64,000 nt of DNA. Origin: an uncultured Prevotellamassilia sp. (GTDB lineage: Bacteria; Bacteroidota; Bacteroidia; Bacteroidales; Bacteroidaceae). The position numbers and the translations under genes are program-made. The stretch lies in the NCBI GenBank assembly GCA_934255485.1, contig CAKQOG010000011.1, positions 5,072-69,071 on the forward strand, given 5' to 3'. A model generated the notes under the pieces. The model was not told the origin of the DNA and did no database searches. It saw nothing but the letters and a program-made list of their open reading frames with translations. This document shows, piece by piece, positions 1 through 9,204 of this stretch. Every line of letters starts with the position of its first letter. The stretch's first letter is position 1.

Positions 1-528
1 CTTCACGCCATTAATAGGCACTTGCTTGCTGCGACGCATACCAATGACCGATAGTAAATGGCGCGATGCCACTACAATTTTGTTTTTTATCCATTGATTG
101 CGCATCTTTAAATCGCGGAAGGGATGATAGTGAGTGATTTTGCGCAATTGGTCTTTATTTTCGGTGTTCGAGAGGTTGTATCCTGCAATAAATTCCCGGT
201 CGATGTTTCGACTAAAGAACTGGTGAATTTTCTGATTGCTCCATAGTGGATAGTCTTGTCCACTAAGGCATACCAAGTGGGTGTAGGGTTGTTTGCTTTC
301 AATAGCAGCCTTAATCAGTTCGTACTGATAAGCCACTTGTTCCCATCCTCCCCAACTTACGTAGTGGCGCTTAACAAACACTACTTTTTTAGGCAGCAAA
401 CGCTCAAATAGTCGCACATTCACATTGGCATCTACATGTACGTAGAAGTCGGCATCATAGTCGAGAGCCTCAATCAAGCGTGCCAAATGGTCGGGATCGC
501 AATAGGCTGATATAAGATAAGCTAACAT
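1..528 (-). CDS. Glycosyltransferase family 14 (core-2/I-branching type); partial, C-terminus runs off the window start
   Basis: Hand translation from ATG at 528 (minus) is open to position 1 with no in-frame stop: MLAYLISAYCDPDHLARLIEALDYDADFYVHVD...VSWGGWEQV...LSGQDYPL. This is the typical GT14 N-terminal signature. The ORF track omits it because it has no stop inside the window. Confidence 0.6.
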   Translation of the reverse strand, partial: MLAYLISAYCDPDHLARLIEALDYDADFYVHVDANVNVRLFERLLPKKVVFVKRHYVSWGGWEQVAYQYELIKAAIESKQPYTHLVCLSGQDYPLWSNQKIHQFFSRNIDREFIAGYNLSNTENKDQLRKITHYHPFRDLKMRNQWIKNKIVVASRHLLSVIGMRRSKQVPINGVK

Positions 529-546
529 AGTTGAAGCATTAACTGT

Positions 547-1743
547 TTACGCCAAAATAGAATAGTCGGCAGCCTCGATAGCCTTGCGCAATTGGTCGAT
601 ATGGGCTTGGTCGCGTGTTTCGAGTACCATGCGTAGGTTGCAAGAGTTTACGTCGGGACTCTCGCCATTGCGTTCGTGGTGGATAGAGATGATGTTGGCT
701 CCCAACTTGCATATCACTTGGCAAAGTCCTAACAACGACCCTGGGCGATCAGCCATTTCGATGAGCATTTCGGTGGTGCGTCCGCCCTTCATCAGTCCTC
801 GGTTGATAACGCGGCTCAAAATAGTTACATCGATGTTACCACCGCTCACAATACAGCACACATTTTTTCCTTTTATATCTATTTTATTAAACATTGCCGC
901 CGCCACGCTCACTGCGCCTGCACCTTCAGCAATCAACTTATGCTGTTCGATGAGTGCCAAAATTGCTGCACAAATTTCGTCTTCGGTAACACTCACAATG
1001 TCGTCTACATACTGCTGGCAAAGTTCAAAAGTGTGTTGTCCAGGCTCTTTTACTGCTATACCATCGGCTATAGTTAGCACGCTTGCAAGCGTCTCTATTT
1101 GGTTGTGGTCTACGCTATTGAGCATGCTCGGTGCACCTTGAGCTTGCACACCCACCACGCGCACTGAGGGCTTGAGCGCCTTTACTGCATAGGCCACACC
1201 GCTTGCCAAACCACCGCCACCAATAGGCACAAATATCACATCAACATCGGGATTTTCGTTGAGAATTTCCATACCCACTGTTCCTTGTCCGGCGATTACA
1301 TCTTCGTCGTCGAATGGGTGAATAAAGGTCATGTTTTTCTCTTCGTTGAGTTGCATGGCACGTGCATACGCATCGTCGTATACGCCTGGCACAAGGCATA
1401 CCTCTGCCCCCATTTCGCGTGTAGCCTCAACCTTTGAGATGGGTGCTCCTGATGGCATACATATCAATGCAGGTATGCCATAACGCTTTGCTGCCAAAGC
1501 CACACCTTGTGCATGGTTGCCAGCAGAGCAAGCTATCACGCCATGTGCCTTTTCTTCGTCGCTGAGTTGAGAGATTTTATAACCAGCGCCACGCACCTTA
1601 AACGATCCCGTCACTTGTAGGTTCTCAGGTTTCAAGAATACGTTGGCTTCGGGATTTATCTTTTGTGTTGGTATGAGTTGTGTTTTACGAATAACGCCAT
1701 TCAGTACGGTCGAGGCCTTGTATATAGAGTCGAGTGTTAGCAT
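547..1743 (-). CDS. ilvA: Threonine ammonia-lyase (PLP-dependent; short form with one C-terminal ACT-like domain)
   Basis: GSFKVRGA PLP-lysine motif, SAGNHAQG, GGGGL glycine loop; ~80-aa C-terminal regulatory domain. Confidence 0.85.
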   Translation of the reverse strand: MLTLDSIYKASTVLNGVIRKTQLIPTQKINPEANVFLKPENLQVTGSFKVRGAGYKISQLSDEEKAHGVIACSAGNHAQGVALAAKRYGIPALICMPSGAPISKVEATREMGAEVCLVPGVYDDAYARAMQLNEEKNMTFIHPFDDEDVIAGQGTVGMEILNENPDVDVIFVPIGGGGLASGVAYAVKALKPSVRVVGVQAQGAPSMLNSVDHNQIETLASVLTIADGIAVKEPGQHTFELCQQYVDDIVSVTEDEICAAILALIEQHKLIAEGAGAVSVAAAMFNKIDIKGKNVCCIVSGGNIDVTILSRVINRGLMKGGRTTEMLIEMADRPGSLLGLCQVICKLGANIISIHHERNGESPDVNSCNLRMVLETRDQAHIDQLRKAIEAADYSILA

Positions 1744-1931
1744 ATTATGTAATGGTTTTAATAGTTGTATTATAGTAGTAAATTCCTATAAGTAAGTAGA
1801 TAGAATTAAATTAGAAAGTCACGGGCTGAAAGTCCGTACTTTAATTTGCCCACCTACTTATATATAAATGGTTTTAAGCATCTACTTATATGCAAACTTA
1901 CAAAAAAAGTAAATAACCACGCTCCATGCGT

Positions 1932-3398
1932 TTATACATTCTTTTTGAGTTTTAGTCTATGATCTATGCATTGTGGCAGTTCTTCCTCATAGTGTGTCAC
2001 CATAATGAGCGTTTTTGAGGAATCTTGCATATAGCGATCTATCAATGCCTGTGCACGCAAGCGATAGTGATTGTCGAGACCATGAAAAGGCTCATCGAGA
2101 ATAAGCAAATCAGGATTTTTAACAAAAGCACGTACCAAGAGCACAAGTCGTTGTTCGCCCGATGAGAGTCGCATATAGTTGCTTTCGGCAAGGTGGGCTG
2201 CGCCAAAGGCTTGCATCCACTCTAAGCACTGCTCTCGCTCTGTTGCAGTGGGACGTTTATAAAGTCCGATGGTGTCGTGCATACCACTTGCCACTATATC
2301 AATGGCAGGCAGTGGCCGCTTGTAGGTAGAGAATATCTCGGGCGATACATAGCCAATGTGTTTCTTTATTTCCCAAATGCTCTCGCCCTGTCCGCGTTTG
2401 TTGCCAAATAGTCGGATGTCGCAAGCATAGGCTTGTGGGTTATCGGCACATACCAGCGAAAGAAGGGTTGATTTTCCAGCCCCATTTTCTCCCATAAGAG
2501 CCCAGTGTTCACCACGTTTCACGTTCCAATTAAGGTTGTGCAAAATGGTTCGTTTGCCGTATTGTATGTGGATATTTCTAAAGTCTATCACGTCGATACA
2601 GCCATTACTTTCCGTTTTTGCTTGTATGGGCAAATCTACCGCTTGTACATTGTTAGTGGCAGCTGCCGAAGCATGTGCAGACATAAATTGGCTATACGAT
2701 ACCGGCTCCTCCACCCTCTTGTCTGCTACCCACACCACACTATTTACGAACGATGGAATATCCTCTTTACGGCTCACCACAAGCACCAATGTGAGGCTTT
2801 CGGATAGCTTTTGCAACACGTGGGTTAGCATTGCACGTGCCTCCTTGTCAAGTCCTATATAGGGATTATCTACGATGAGCACTTGCGGATTAGACATGAG
2901 CATCTTAGCCAATTGCATACGCCGCAACTCACCGCTCGATAGTAAGTTGATGGGCTTTTCGATGTGTTCAAAAATACCCAATTCGTTAAGCAGTTCATGG
3001 TTGGGCAAGGCATCAACCAATGCAATATCTGCCGTGCTCCATGCCTTGAAAGCCTGTTGCAACACCTCGCCCACAGTGGGAAATGTTTGTTCGTCGGCTT
3101 GGTTCCACCGTTGTTGGTAATAGGCAGGTTCGTTGCCTCCATACACATCTCTAAAGGTAACAAGTCTGACGTTATTTGCCGCCTTATTGCCCAATGTGCC
3201 AAAATCATATTCTATGGCATCGCCCAGCAAAGGGTGCGCCCCCGTCAATATATCAACAAGGAGCGATTTGCCTCCACCATTTGGACCACAAATAGTTATG
3301 CTCTCGCCCTTGGCAAGTTGAAAATTGAGTGGGCATGCCAAACGATAATCGGGATGACGTGTCACGCCATTGGTTATCCTTATGAGTGTATTTGCCAT
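1932..3398 (-). CDS. ABC ATPase with two tandem nucleotide-binding domains and no membrane domain (ModF-like)
   Basis: Two Walker A motifs (GPNGGGKSLL, GENGAGKSTLL), two signature motifs (LSSGELRR, LSSGEQRL), two Walker B/D-loops (LIVDNP, LILDEP). 488 aa, the size of E. coli ModF. Confidence 0.8.
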   Translation of the reverse strand: MANTLIRITNGVTRHPDYRLACPLNFQLAKGESITICGPNGGGKSLLVDILTGAHPLLGDAIEYDFGTLGNKAANNVRLVTFRDVYGGNEPAYYQQRWNQADEQTFPTVGEVLQQAFKAWSTADIALVDALPNHELLNELGIFEHIEKPINLLSSGELRRMQLAKMLMSNPQVLIVDNPYIGLDKEARAMLTHVLQKLSESLTLVLVVSRKEDIPSFVNSVVWVADKRVEEPVSYSQFMSAHASAAATNNVQAVDLPIQAKTESNGCIDVIDFRNIHIQYGKRTILHNLNWNVKRGEHWALMGENGAGKSTLLSLVCADNPQAYACDIRLFGNKRGQGESIWEIKKHIGYVSPEIFSTYKRPLPAIDIVASGMHDTIGLYKRPTATEREQCLEWMQAFGAAHLAESNYMRLSSGEQRLVLLVRAFVKNPDLLILDEPFHGLDNHYRLRAQALIDRYMQDSSKTLIMVTHYEEELPQCIDHRLKLKKNV

Positions 3399-3728
3399 TT
3401 TTAGCTATTATAGTTTTCAATCTGTTAGCAAAAATAGTGTAAGGCGAACACCAAACAAAGCTTACCTTGGTTTTGCATTCGCTTTGCACTATTTTACGGC
3501 AAAATTACGCATTCTTTGTAAAAAAGCCACATTACCATGAATAAAGATGTAATAGTTATCTAACAATGCTACTTAGGGAGGCCTACCGATCCATAACCTA
3601 ATAGTTAGTTATAACCCCTAAAGTGGTAACAAATATTTACTTTTAAAACTTTCAAAATAGAATGAAATCTGTACACTTATTATCATCACACGTTATTTTT
3701 TCATCCTATTTTTTTGTGTTAGAAAACT

Positions 3729-3802
3729 AAGGATACGTATCCTTGTGAACTTAGAATACGCTTGTTAGCATGCAAGGATACGTATGCTTATGGCATAAGG
3801 AT
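3729..3802. repeat. Three copies of a 16-bp perfect palindrome AAGGATACGTATCCTT (3729-3744, 3764-3779 with C>G variant, 3787-3802), each followed by CTTGTGG-like flank
   Basis: Direct reading. The same unit recurs as a 4-copy tandem array at 58639-58744. Confidence 0.9.
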
Positions 3803-4135
3803 ACGTATCCTTGTGGTGTTATAACACGTTTATAAGGCATTAAGCACACAAATCAAGCGCAACAAACAAAGCTAAGTAACTGATTTTCAATACTATTAGC
3901 AAATCTTCTCAAAATTCTCGCAAAATGGCTCAACAGTCTTTTTGTTTCAAAACAACGAAGTTTTGAGCATTATGACAATCAAACTCCAAGAGCATTTTGT
4001 AATAACCATACAAACTTTATCAAGCTACGTCGCTCGTTACTCAATGATTGTTAATAAACCATTTTTTAATCATTTTTTTTTGCCAAATACTTGCATTGTA
4101 TTGATATTCTATCTATCTTTGCACCGTATTCAAAG

Positions 4136-4150
4136 TTGTAATGATTACAA
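4136..4150. promoter_or_regulatory. PerR/Fur-type 7-1-7 inverted repeat TTGTAAT-G-ATTACAA, 14 bp upstream of the Fur-family start codon
   Basis: Perfect 15-bp palindrome. One mismatch per half-site from the PerR-box consensus TTATAATNATTATAA. Overlaps the likely -7 region downstream of a TTTG at 4117-4120. Confidence 0.5.
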
Positions 4151-4163
4151 AATAGAAAAGAAT

Positions 4164-4607
4164 ATGGATGCAAACAATGTATTAGATTACTTATACCGAC
4201 ACGACATAAAGCCATCAATGCAGCGCATGGCGGTAATGAGCTACCTAATGGAGCATCGCACGCATCCTACGGCAGACGAGATATACAATGCACTGCACAC
4301 CGAAATGCCTACCTTGTCGAAGACCACGGTGTATAACACCCTCAAGGTTTTAACCGATAAAGGAGCTGCACTGCAACTAACCATCGACGAAAAGAACTGC
4401 TGTTTTGATGCCGATGTTACACCACACGCACATTTCTTGTGTACCCACTGCGGAAGGGTATACGATATGGCACTATCGAACAAGACACTCTGCAAAGACG
4501 CCATCATACCCAAGAATTTTAGGGTAGACGAGGCTCAACTCTACTTTAGAGGTTGCTGTCCCGAATGTGCTAAAGCCGAAAAATCACTCGATAAAACTTG
4601 CTCTTGA
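4164..4607 (+). CDS. Fur-family metalloregulator, PerR-like (peroxide/metal-responsive repressor)
   Basis: HAHFLCTHCGRV (HxH + CxxC) and CCPECAKAE (CxxC) structural-Zn/regulatory-metal motifs; winged-helix N-terminal region. The ORF-track start at 3942 is an AT-rich, low-complexity extension; the Met at 4164 (MDANNVLDYL) is the likely start. Confidence 0.8.
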   Translation: MDANNVLDYLYRHDIKPSMQRMAVMSYLMEHRTHPTADEIYNALHTEMPTLSKTTVYNTLKVLTDKGAALQLTIDEKNCCFDADVTPHAHFLCTHCGRVYDMALSNKTLCKDAIIPKNFRVDEAQLYFRGCCPECAKAEKSLDKTCS

Positions 4608-4725
4608 GTGGTGCTTTATTATAGAACAAAAGAACATAACAAACATTTGCCAACCATGCAACACAAGAACTGCATGCACGGCAATAGGACAATTATTAAC
4701 ATAACAATTTAAAACATAACTCATC

Positions 4726-5280
4726 ATGAAAAAGAAATTTATTTGCACCGTTTGCGGTTACGTTTACGAAGGTGAACACGCTCCTGAAAAATGCCCTATG
4801 TGTGGCGTACCTGCTTCGAAGTTTAAGGAAATAAGCGAAGATACTAAGCTACAGTTTGTAGCAGAACACGAAATCGGTGTGGCTAAGGGCTGCGACGACG
4901 AAATGATTAAGGACCTCAACGCTCACTTTAGCGGCGAATGCACTGAGGTTGGTATGTATCTTGCCATGAGCCGCCAAGCAGACCGCGAGGGCTATCCCGA
5001 AATTGCTGAAGCCTTTAAGCGCTACGCTTGGGAAGAGGCAGAACACGCTTCTAAGTTTGCCGAACTCCTTGGCGACCTTGTTTGGGACACTAAGACTAAC
5101 CTCGAAAAGCGCATGAACGCTGAAGCTGGTGCTTGCGAAGATAAGGCTCGCATTGCAAAGCGCGCTAAGGAACTCAACCTCGATGCTATCCACGATACCG
5201 TTCACGAAATGGCTCGCGACGAAGCTCGTCATGGTCGCGGTTTTGAGGGTCTTTACAACCGCTACTTTGCTAAAAAGTAA
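4726..5280 (+). CDS. rbr: Reverse rubrerythrin (N-terminal rubredoxin-like CxxC..CxxC domain followed by ferritin-like diiron domain)
   Basis: CTVCGY...CPMCG at the N-terminus, then two E...ExxH diiron motifs (EEAEH, DEARH). Domain order is inverted relative to classical rubrerythrin. Confidence 0.85.
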   Translation: MKKKFICTVCGYVYEGEHAPEKCPMCGVPASKFKEISEDTKLQFVAEHEIGVAKGCDDEMIKDLNAHFSGECTEVGMYLAMSRQADREGYPEIAEAFKRYAWEEAEHASKFAELLGDLVWDTKTNLEKRMNAEAGACEDKARIAKRAKELNLDAIHDTVHEMARDEARHGRGFEGLYNRYFAKK

Positions 5281-5342
5281 GTTTATATATCCCCTTTAAA
5301 ATGTGACATATTTTTGCAGCAAACATGTCATAAAACAATAAA

Positions 5343-5391
5343 TGCTTGGTTTCATAGTTTGGAATGGAACCAAGCATTTACTTTTTTAGTA
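5343..5391 (+). terminator. Rho-independent terminator after rbr
   Basis: AAATGCTTGGTTCCAT...ATGGAACCAAGCATTT hairpin followed by a TTTTTT run. Confidence 0.6.
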
Positions 5392-5422
5392 AACATAGTA
5401 ACTAAGCCTTTTTGCTTGACTA

Positions 5423-6904
5423 TCAGCCTTTTATAGGCTTAGCTGTTCTGACAAAGCAAAGAGAGCTGAAAGTGAGTAATCCGTTCAGAACAAGCAGTTC
5501 GTAGCCAAAGGTATATCCCCACCAAATAGGGGCAAAATGGTCGAGCAAACCACATACAATAGGCGATGCAATGCAAATGTATGGCACGGCTTTATCGTTT
5601 ATTCCACCCTTAGGCATAAGCAGCCCAAAAGCGTATAAGCCAAGTAGTGGACCATAGGTGTAAGAAGCCATCACATAGATGCTGTTGAGCACATTGTCGT
5701 TGCCAATAATCTTGAATGTGGTGATACACAAGGCAAATGCAATGGCTACAATAATGTGGATGCAACGGCGTTTGCGTAGTGATGATGCAGTTTGCTCCTC
5801 ACTCTCACGAATGTCCAAAAGGTCGATACAAATGGTAGTGGTGAGAGCTGTCATGGCAGAGTCGGCACTCGAAAAGGCTGCTGCCACAATGCCAATGGTG
5901 AAGGGAATGATAACCCAAGTGCCTAAAGTGCCAGAACTAACTAACCAGGGTAATAGCTCATCGCCTTGGGCTGGAGGAGTTAATCCTTGCTGAGCACATA
6001 GCGTATAGAGCAAAATACCCAATCCCAAAAATAGGGCATTGACAGGAAGAAAAGCCAATCCATAGCTACACATATCCTTTTGCGCCTCGCGCAATGTGCG
6101 ACAAGTAAGGTTTTTTTGCATCATATCTTGGTCTAATCCCGTCATGACAATAACGATGAATACACCGCTGAGAAACTGTCGCCAAAAGGCTTGTGGACTG
6201 CTATTGTCCCATTGCCAAATGTAACACATTGGGCTACGTTTGATTGTTTGAATCGTTTGCACAAAGTCCATATTCATTTTGCTTGCAGCAACAACGGCTA
6301 TGCCAATAGCTGCAATCAGCAGGCAAAGGGTTTGTAAAGCATCGGTTCTAACTATCGTCTGAATGCCTGTGCGTTGTGTGTATCCCCAAATGAGCAAAAG
6401 AACAATGCCCGTTGTGGCAATAAACGGAATTATGCCGTCGCCACAAATCGGCGTTACCACAAATTGGCAAAGCACTATACACACCAAGTAAAGGCGTGCT
6501 GCCGCTCCAGTGAGTTTGCTAAGTACAAAAAAGAGGGCTCCCACCTTGTGCGAACGTTTGCCAAATCGTGTGTCGAGATAGGCATAAATGCTTGTAAGAT
6601 GCAACTTATAGTAAAGGGGCAATAACACCAATGCCACAACAATGTAGCCAACAATAAAGCCCATACACATTTGCAGATAGGTCATGCCTGTTGAAGCCGC
6701 CCACCCCGGAACTGAAATAAATGTAACTCCCGAAATACTTGCTCCAATCATGCCAAATGCCACCATCCACCAGGGCGATTGTCGGCCAGCTCTGAAGAAT
6801 GCATTGTTACCTTGTGCCCCCTTATGACTCGACCTATGCGAGATGTAGAGCAATAACAAAAAGTAGGCAACAAGCGTTGCTAACATAAAAAATGCTGAGT
6901 TCAT
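5423..6904 (-). CDS. Sodium:solute symporter (SSS) family transporter
   Basis: ~13 predicted TM segments with SSS-like glycine-rich helices. The start was moved to MNSAFFMLATLV (6904) to remove the overlap with the upstream gene. Confidence 0.55.
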   Translation of the reverse strand: MNSAFFMLATLVAYFLLLLYISHRSSHKGAQGNNAFFRAGRQSPWWMVAFGMIGASISGVTFISVPGWAASTGMTYLQMCMGFIVGYIVVALVLLPLYYKLHLTSIYAYLDTRFGKRSHKVGALFFVLSKLTGAAARLYLVCIVLCQFVVTPICGDGIIPFIATTGIVLLLIWGYTQRTGIQTIVRTDALQTLCLLIAAIGIAVVAASKMNMDFVQTIQTIKRSPMCYIWQWDNSSPQAFWRQFLSGVFIVIVMTGLDQDMMQKNLTCRTLREAQKDMCSYGLAFLPVNALFLGLGILLYTLCAQQGLTPPAQGDELLPWLVSSGTLGTWVIIPFTIGIVAAAFSSADSAMTALTTTICIDLLDIRESEEQTASSLRKRRCIHIIVAIAFALCITTFKIIGNDNVLNSIYVMASYTYGPLLGLYAFGLLMPKGGINDKAVPYICIASPIVCGLLDHFAPIWWGYTFGYELLVLNGLLTFSSLCFVRTAKPIKG

Positions 6905-6911
6905 AATACCA

Positions 6912-7475
6912 TTACCATAATTCGTTAAATGGGATGAATACAACACTACAAACAGCACATAAAATGGCTATCACAAACCACAATAACCGTGTAAGAATGA
7001 GCAGAATAATAGAGTATTTTATCCAACGGCTGGCAGAGTTAGAAGCCAACTCAGCATCGTCGTATTGGCGTAAACGATAAAAGGTCTTTACCCTATCGGC
7101 CTTATAAATGGCCATTATTCCAGCCAACGTACCAAGGAGGGAACATCCTAAAACAAAGCTCAGTACGGTTACAATGATAGCTCCCACCATGTGGGTATCG
7201 GGACAGCCTGCTGGTAATGAATTGCGAAAAGAATTTCTGAGAGATTCGTAATCTCTTTTTAAATCATCCGATGCAAAAGGATTGGGTGGTTCGGGAGGCG
7301 TATTGGAGTTGTCAAACATAGATTTCAGTTCGACAACATCTTTTGCGCGTTGCCAATCTGACATGCCCGTACACCACACAAGAGTATTGGGTTTCACACC
7401 ATTTTCTATCAATTTATAGGATGGTACAGGTCCTTGTTGTTTGCCATTGGCATCGAGGTAGAAGTAGTTATTCAT
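6912..7475 (-). CDS. DUF4339 (GYF-like) N-terminal domain protein with C-terminal two-TM CD225/dispanin-like region
   Basis: N-terminus YFYLDANGKQQGPVPSYKLIENGVKPNTLVWCTGMSDWQRAKDV (GYF_2 pattern), Pro-rich linker, then two hydrophobic helices separated by a basic loop. Confidence 0.4.
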   Translation of the reverse strand: MNNYFYLDANGKQQGPVPSYKLIENGVKPNTLVWCTGMSDWQRAKDVVELKSMFDNSNTPPEPPNPFASDDLKRDYESLRNSFRNSLPAGCPDTHMVGAIIVTVLSFVLGCSLLGTLAGIMAIYKADRVKTFYRLRQYDDAELASNSASRWIKYSIILLILTRLLWFVIAILCAVCSVVFIPFNELW

Positions 7476-7515
7476 TAATTGGGGTGTGTATTTTTTTTAG
7501 AGGATTTATTGATTT

Positions 7516-8088
7516 CTATACTTTGTCTAACGCTGTTCGGCTATTGATTTTGCAGTTCTTAAATGCGGTGGGTGTAAGCCCTGTGTATTGTTTAAACTGG
7601 CGCGAAAGATGCGCTACGCTCGAATAGTTGGTTTGCCAAGCAATCTCCTTCATGCTTAGTTCGCCATATTGAATAAGTTCTTTAACATACTCTATGCGCT
7701 GCTGCAAATAAAACTTTTCAATACTTCGGTCTTCAACAGAAGCAAAGGTGCGGCTAAGTGTGGCATAATCGGTATGGAGTTTGTCAGCAAGCACTTGTGT
7801 TATACTTTGTGTTGTGTTTTTTTCGGAACGAACGTATGCAATAATGGTTTGCTTTATTTCCATTATCAGCTTGTCTGTAGGGGCGTCGATAACCTCAAAA
7901 CCTATGGCACTAAGTTCTGTACGCAAGGCTTGCATTTGTTGCATACTAAGCGCCTCAGCAATAGTTACATTACCCAACGACACACTTTGAGGCTCTATGC
8001 CTAATTTTACTAACGTTTGCGTAACCGCCATAATACAACGGGCACACACCATATTCTTAATCTTTAGGTTCGTCATTATCGTTTGCAT
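7516..8088 (-). CDS. AraC-family transcriptional regulator with an N-terminal heavy-metal-associated (HMA, MxCxxC) domain
   Basis: N-terminus NMVCARCIMAVTQTL...GFEVID (HMA fold with MxCxxC). C-terminus SVAHLSRQFKQYTGLTPTAFK (AraC HTH). Its 5' end overlaps the stop of the upstream TOPRIM-like gene, which suggests co-transcription. Confidence 0.7.
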   Translation of the reverse strand: MQTIMTNLKIKNMVCARCIMAVTQTLVKLGIEPQSVSLGNVTIAEALSMQQMQALRTELSAIGFEVIDAPTDKLIMEIKQTIIAYVRSEKNTTQSITQVLADKLHTDYATLSRTFASVEDRSIEKFYLQQRIEYVKELIQYGELSMKEIAWQTNYSSVAHLSRQFKQYTGLTPTAFKNCKINSRTALDKV

Positions 8089-9082
8089 CTTTGAGTTGAG
8101 TGATAAAGCTACTTATGTCGTGTTGAATTTGTTGGTATTGTGGGCAATTGGTGTAAGTGGTGTGCTTGCGCAACATTTCCTCAATGCTTCCCATGGCATT
8201 TTGATAGGCTGATAACTCGTTTTGCATTTGCACATTGTGCTCGGCAAGTCGCCTTATCTCGCGCTCACGCTCGCGCCTTAACAACTCACAAACCTCGCTA
8301 AGCAATGGCACAACTATGCCATCAAACAAGTCGTGACCACGCATGTAAAGATAGGTGGTTTGTGGTGTGATGCCCAACGATAGCAACTCTTCGCGCAAGG
8401 GTTTGTAGGTTTTCTTGCCTTCGGGAAATTGTCTCTGCAATCTGTTTATTTTTGCATTAACCAAGTGCCTAAGATGCTCAAGCGTATGTTCGGGATGATA
8501 AAGATTTATGTTGTTCAACTGAACGATGTGGTAAAAGTCGAGCATTGAGAAATGCTTGTACATGCCATAGCGATAGCACCATATATTCCATACAAATAGA
8601 GGCCAAATAATTTCGGAATATTGCTGCATGAATAGCTCAAAATCAAACAGATGGTGGTCATTAAGTGTGCACATCACACACACCATTTGCAAGGCAGGCG
8701 CATAGCACTGAAAGTTCTCAATGGCATAAACATAGGTGTGGAATACGTATGGATTGCCACAAACCTCTTTCGACGCAGGCGTTGTTCCTTGCATCAAAAA
8801 GTCGTAGTCGGCATCAACACATGCTATCATGCATTGTCCTAAACGACTGCCTAAATCATTGGCAAGTACTATTTTCTTGCCCTTGCATAACGAGGTACGC
8901 GAAGGCAACATCACCTCAAAGAAATAGTGGTCTGTTTCGAGGGGACGTAACAGATTGCTCCAAAAAAACACGTCATCGTAGCTTTCAACATATGCCACAA
9001 TGCGCTGGCGAGCATGGCGTCCGTTAAGACGATTCATCGCACTAATGTACGATGAATTAAGATGGTCGTTCAGCCTTTTCAT
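8057..9082 (-). CDS. TOPRIM-like (DUF4435-type) protein; candidate nuclease partner of the adjacent ATPase
   Basis: YVESYDDVFFW (TOPRIM Glu motif, vEGxxD-like) and CVDADYDFL (DxD motif); remainder alpha-helical and unassigned. The size, 341 aa, is typical of AriB/DUF4435 proteins. Confidence 0.5.
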   Translation of the reverse strand: MKRLNDHLNSSYISAMNRLNGRHARQRIVAYVESYDDVFFWSNLLRPLETDHYFFEVMLPSRTSLCKGKKIVLANDLGSRLGQCMIACVDADYDFLMQGTTPASKEVCGNPYVFHTYVYAIENFQCYAPALQMVCVMCTLNDHHLFDFELFMQQYSEIIWPLFVWNIWCYRYGMYKHFSMLDFYHIVQLNNINLYHPEHTLEHLRHLVNAKINRLQRQFPEGKKTYKPLREELLSLGITPQTTYLYMRGHDLFDGIVVPLLSEVCELLRREREREIRRLAEHNVQMQNELSAYQNAMGSIEEMLRKHTTYTNCPQYQQIQHDISSFITQLKDANDNDEPKD

Positions 9083-9204
9083 AGCTTATTCCCTCCTAAG
9101 AGTAAGTAGTTAAATGTACCCTTTGCTTGTAAGTAGATATTCAAAATAACATGATCATGTTCTACACTCATTGATATGAATTTTGAACACTTACTTATGC
9201 TCAA

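Noticed and set aside
584-1141. 185-aa plus-strand ORF antisense to ilvA (and similar antisense ORFs inside pepD, GH20, nifJ, GH2, dnaX)
   Set aside because: It is fully embedded opposite a well-supported gene, with atypical amino-acid composition; these are typical shadow ORFs.
3942-4163. N-terminal 74-codon extension of the Fur-family ORF given in the ORF track
   Set aside because: It is AT-rich and hydrophobic-junk in composition, and it contains the promoter TTTG and the PerR-like box. The Fur-family fold begins at the internal Met (MDANNVLDYL).
9083-9204. Possible small gene or repeat in the 122-bp gap between the ATPase and TOPRIM genes
   Set aside because: There is no ORF and no clear inverted repeat. 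It is probably just an internal promoter or RBS spacer.
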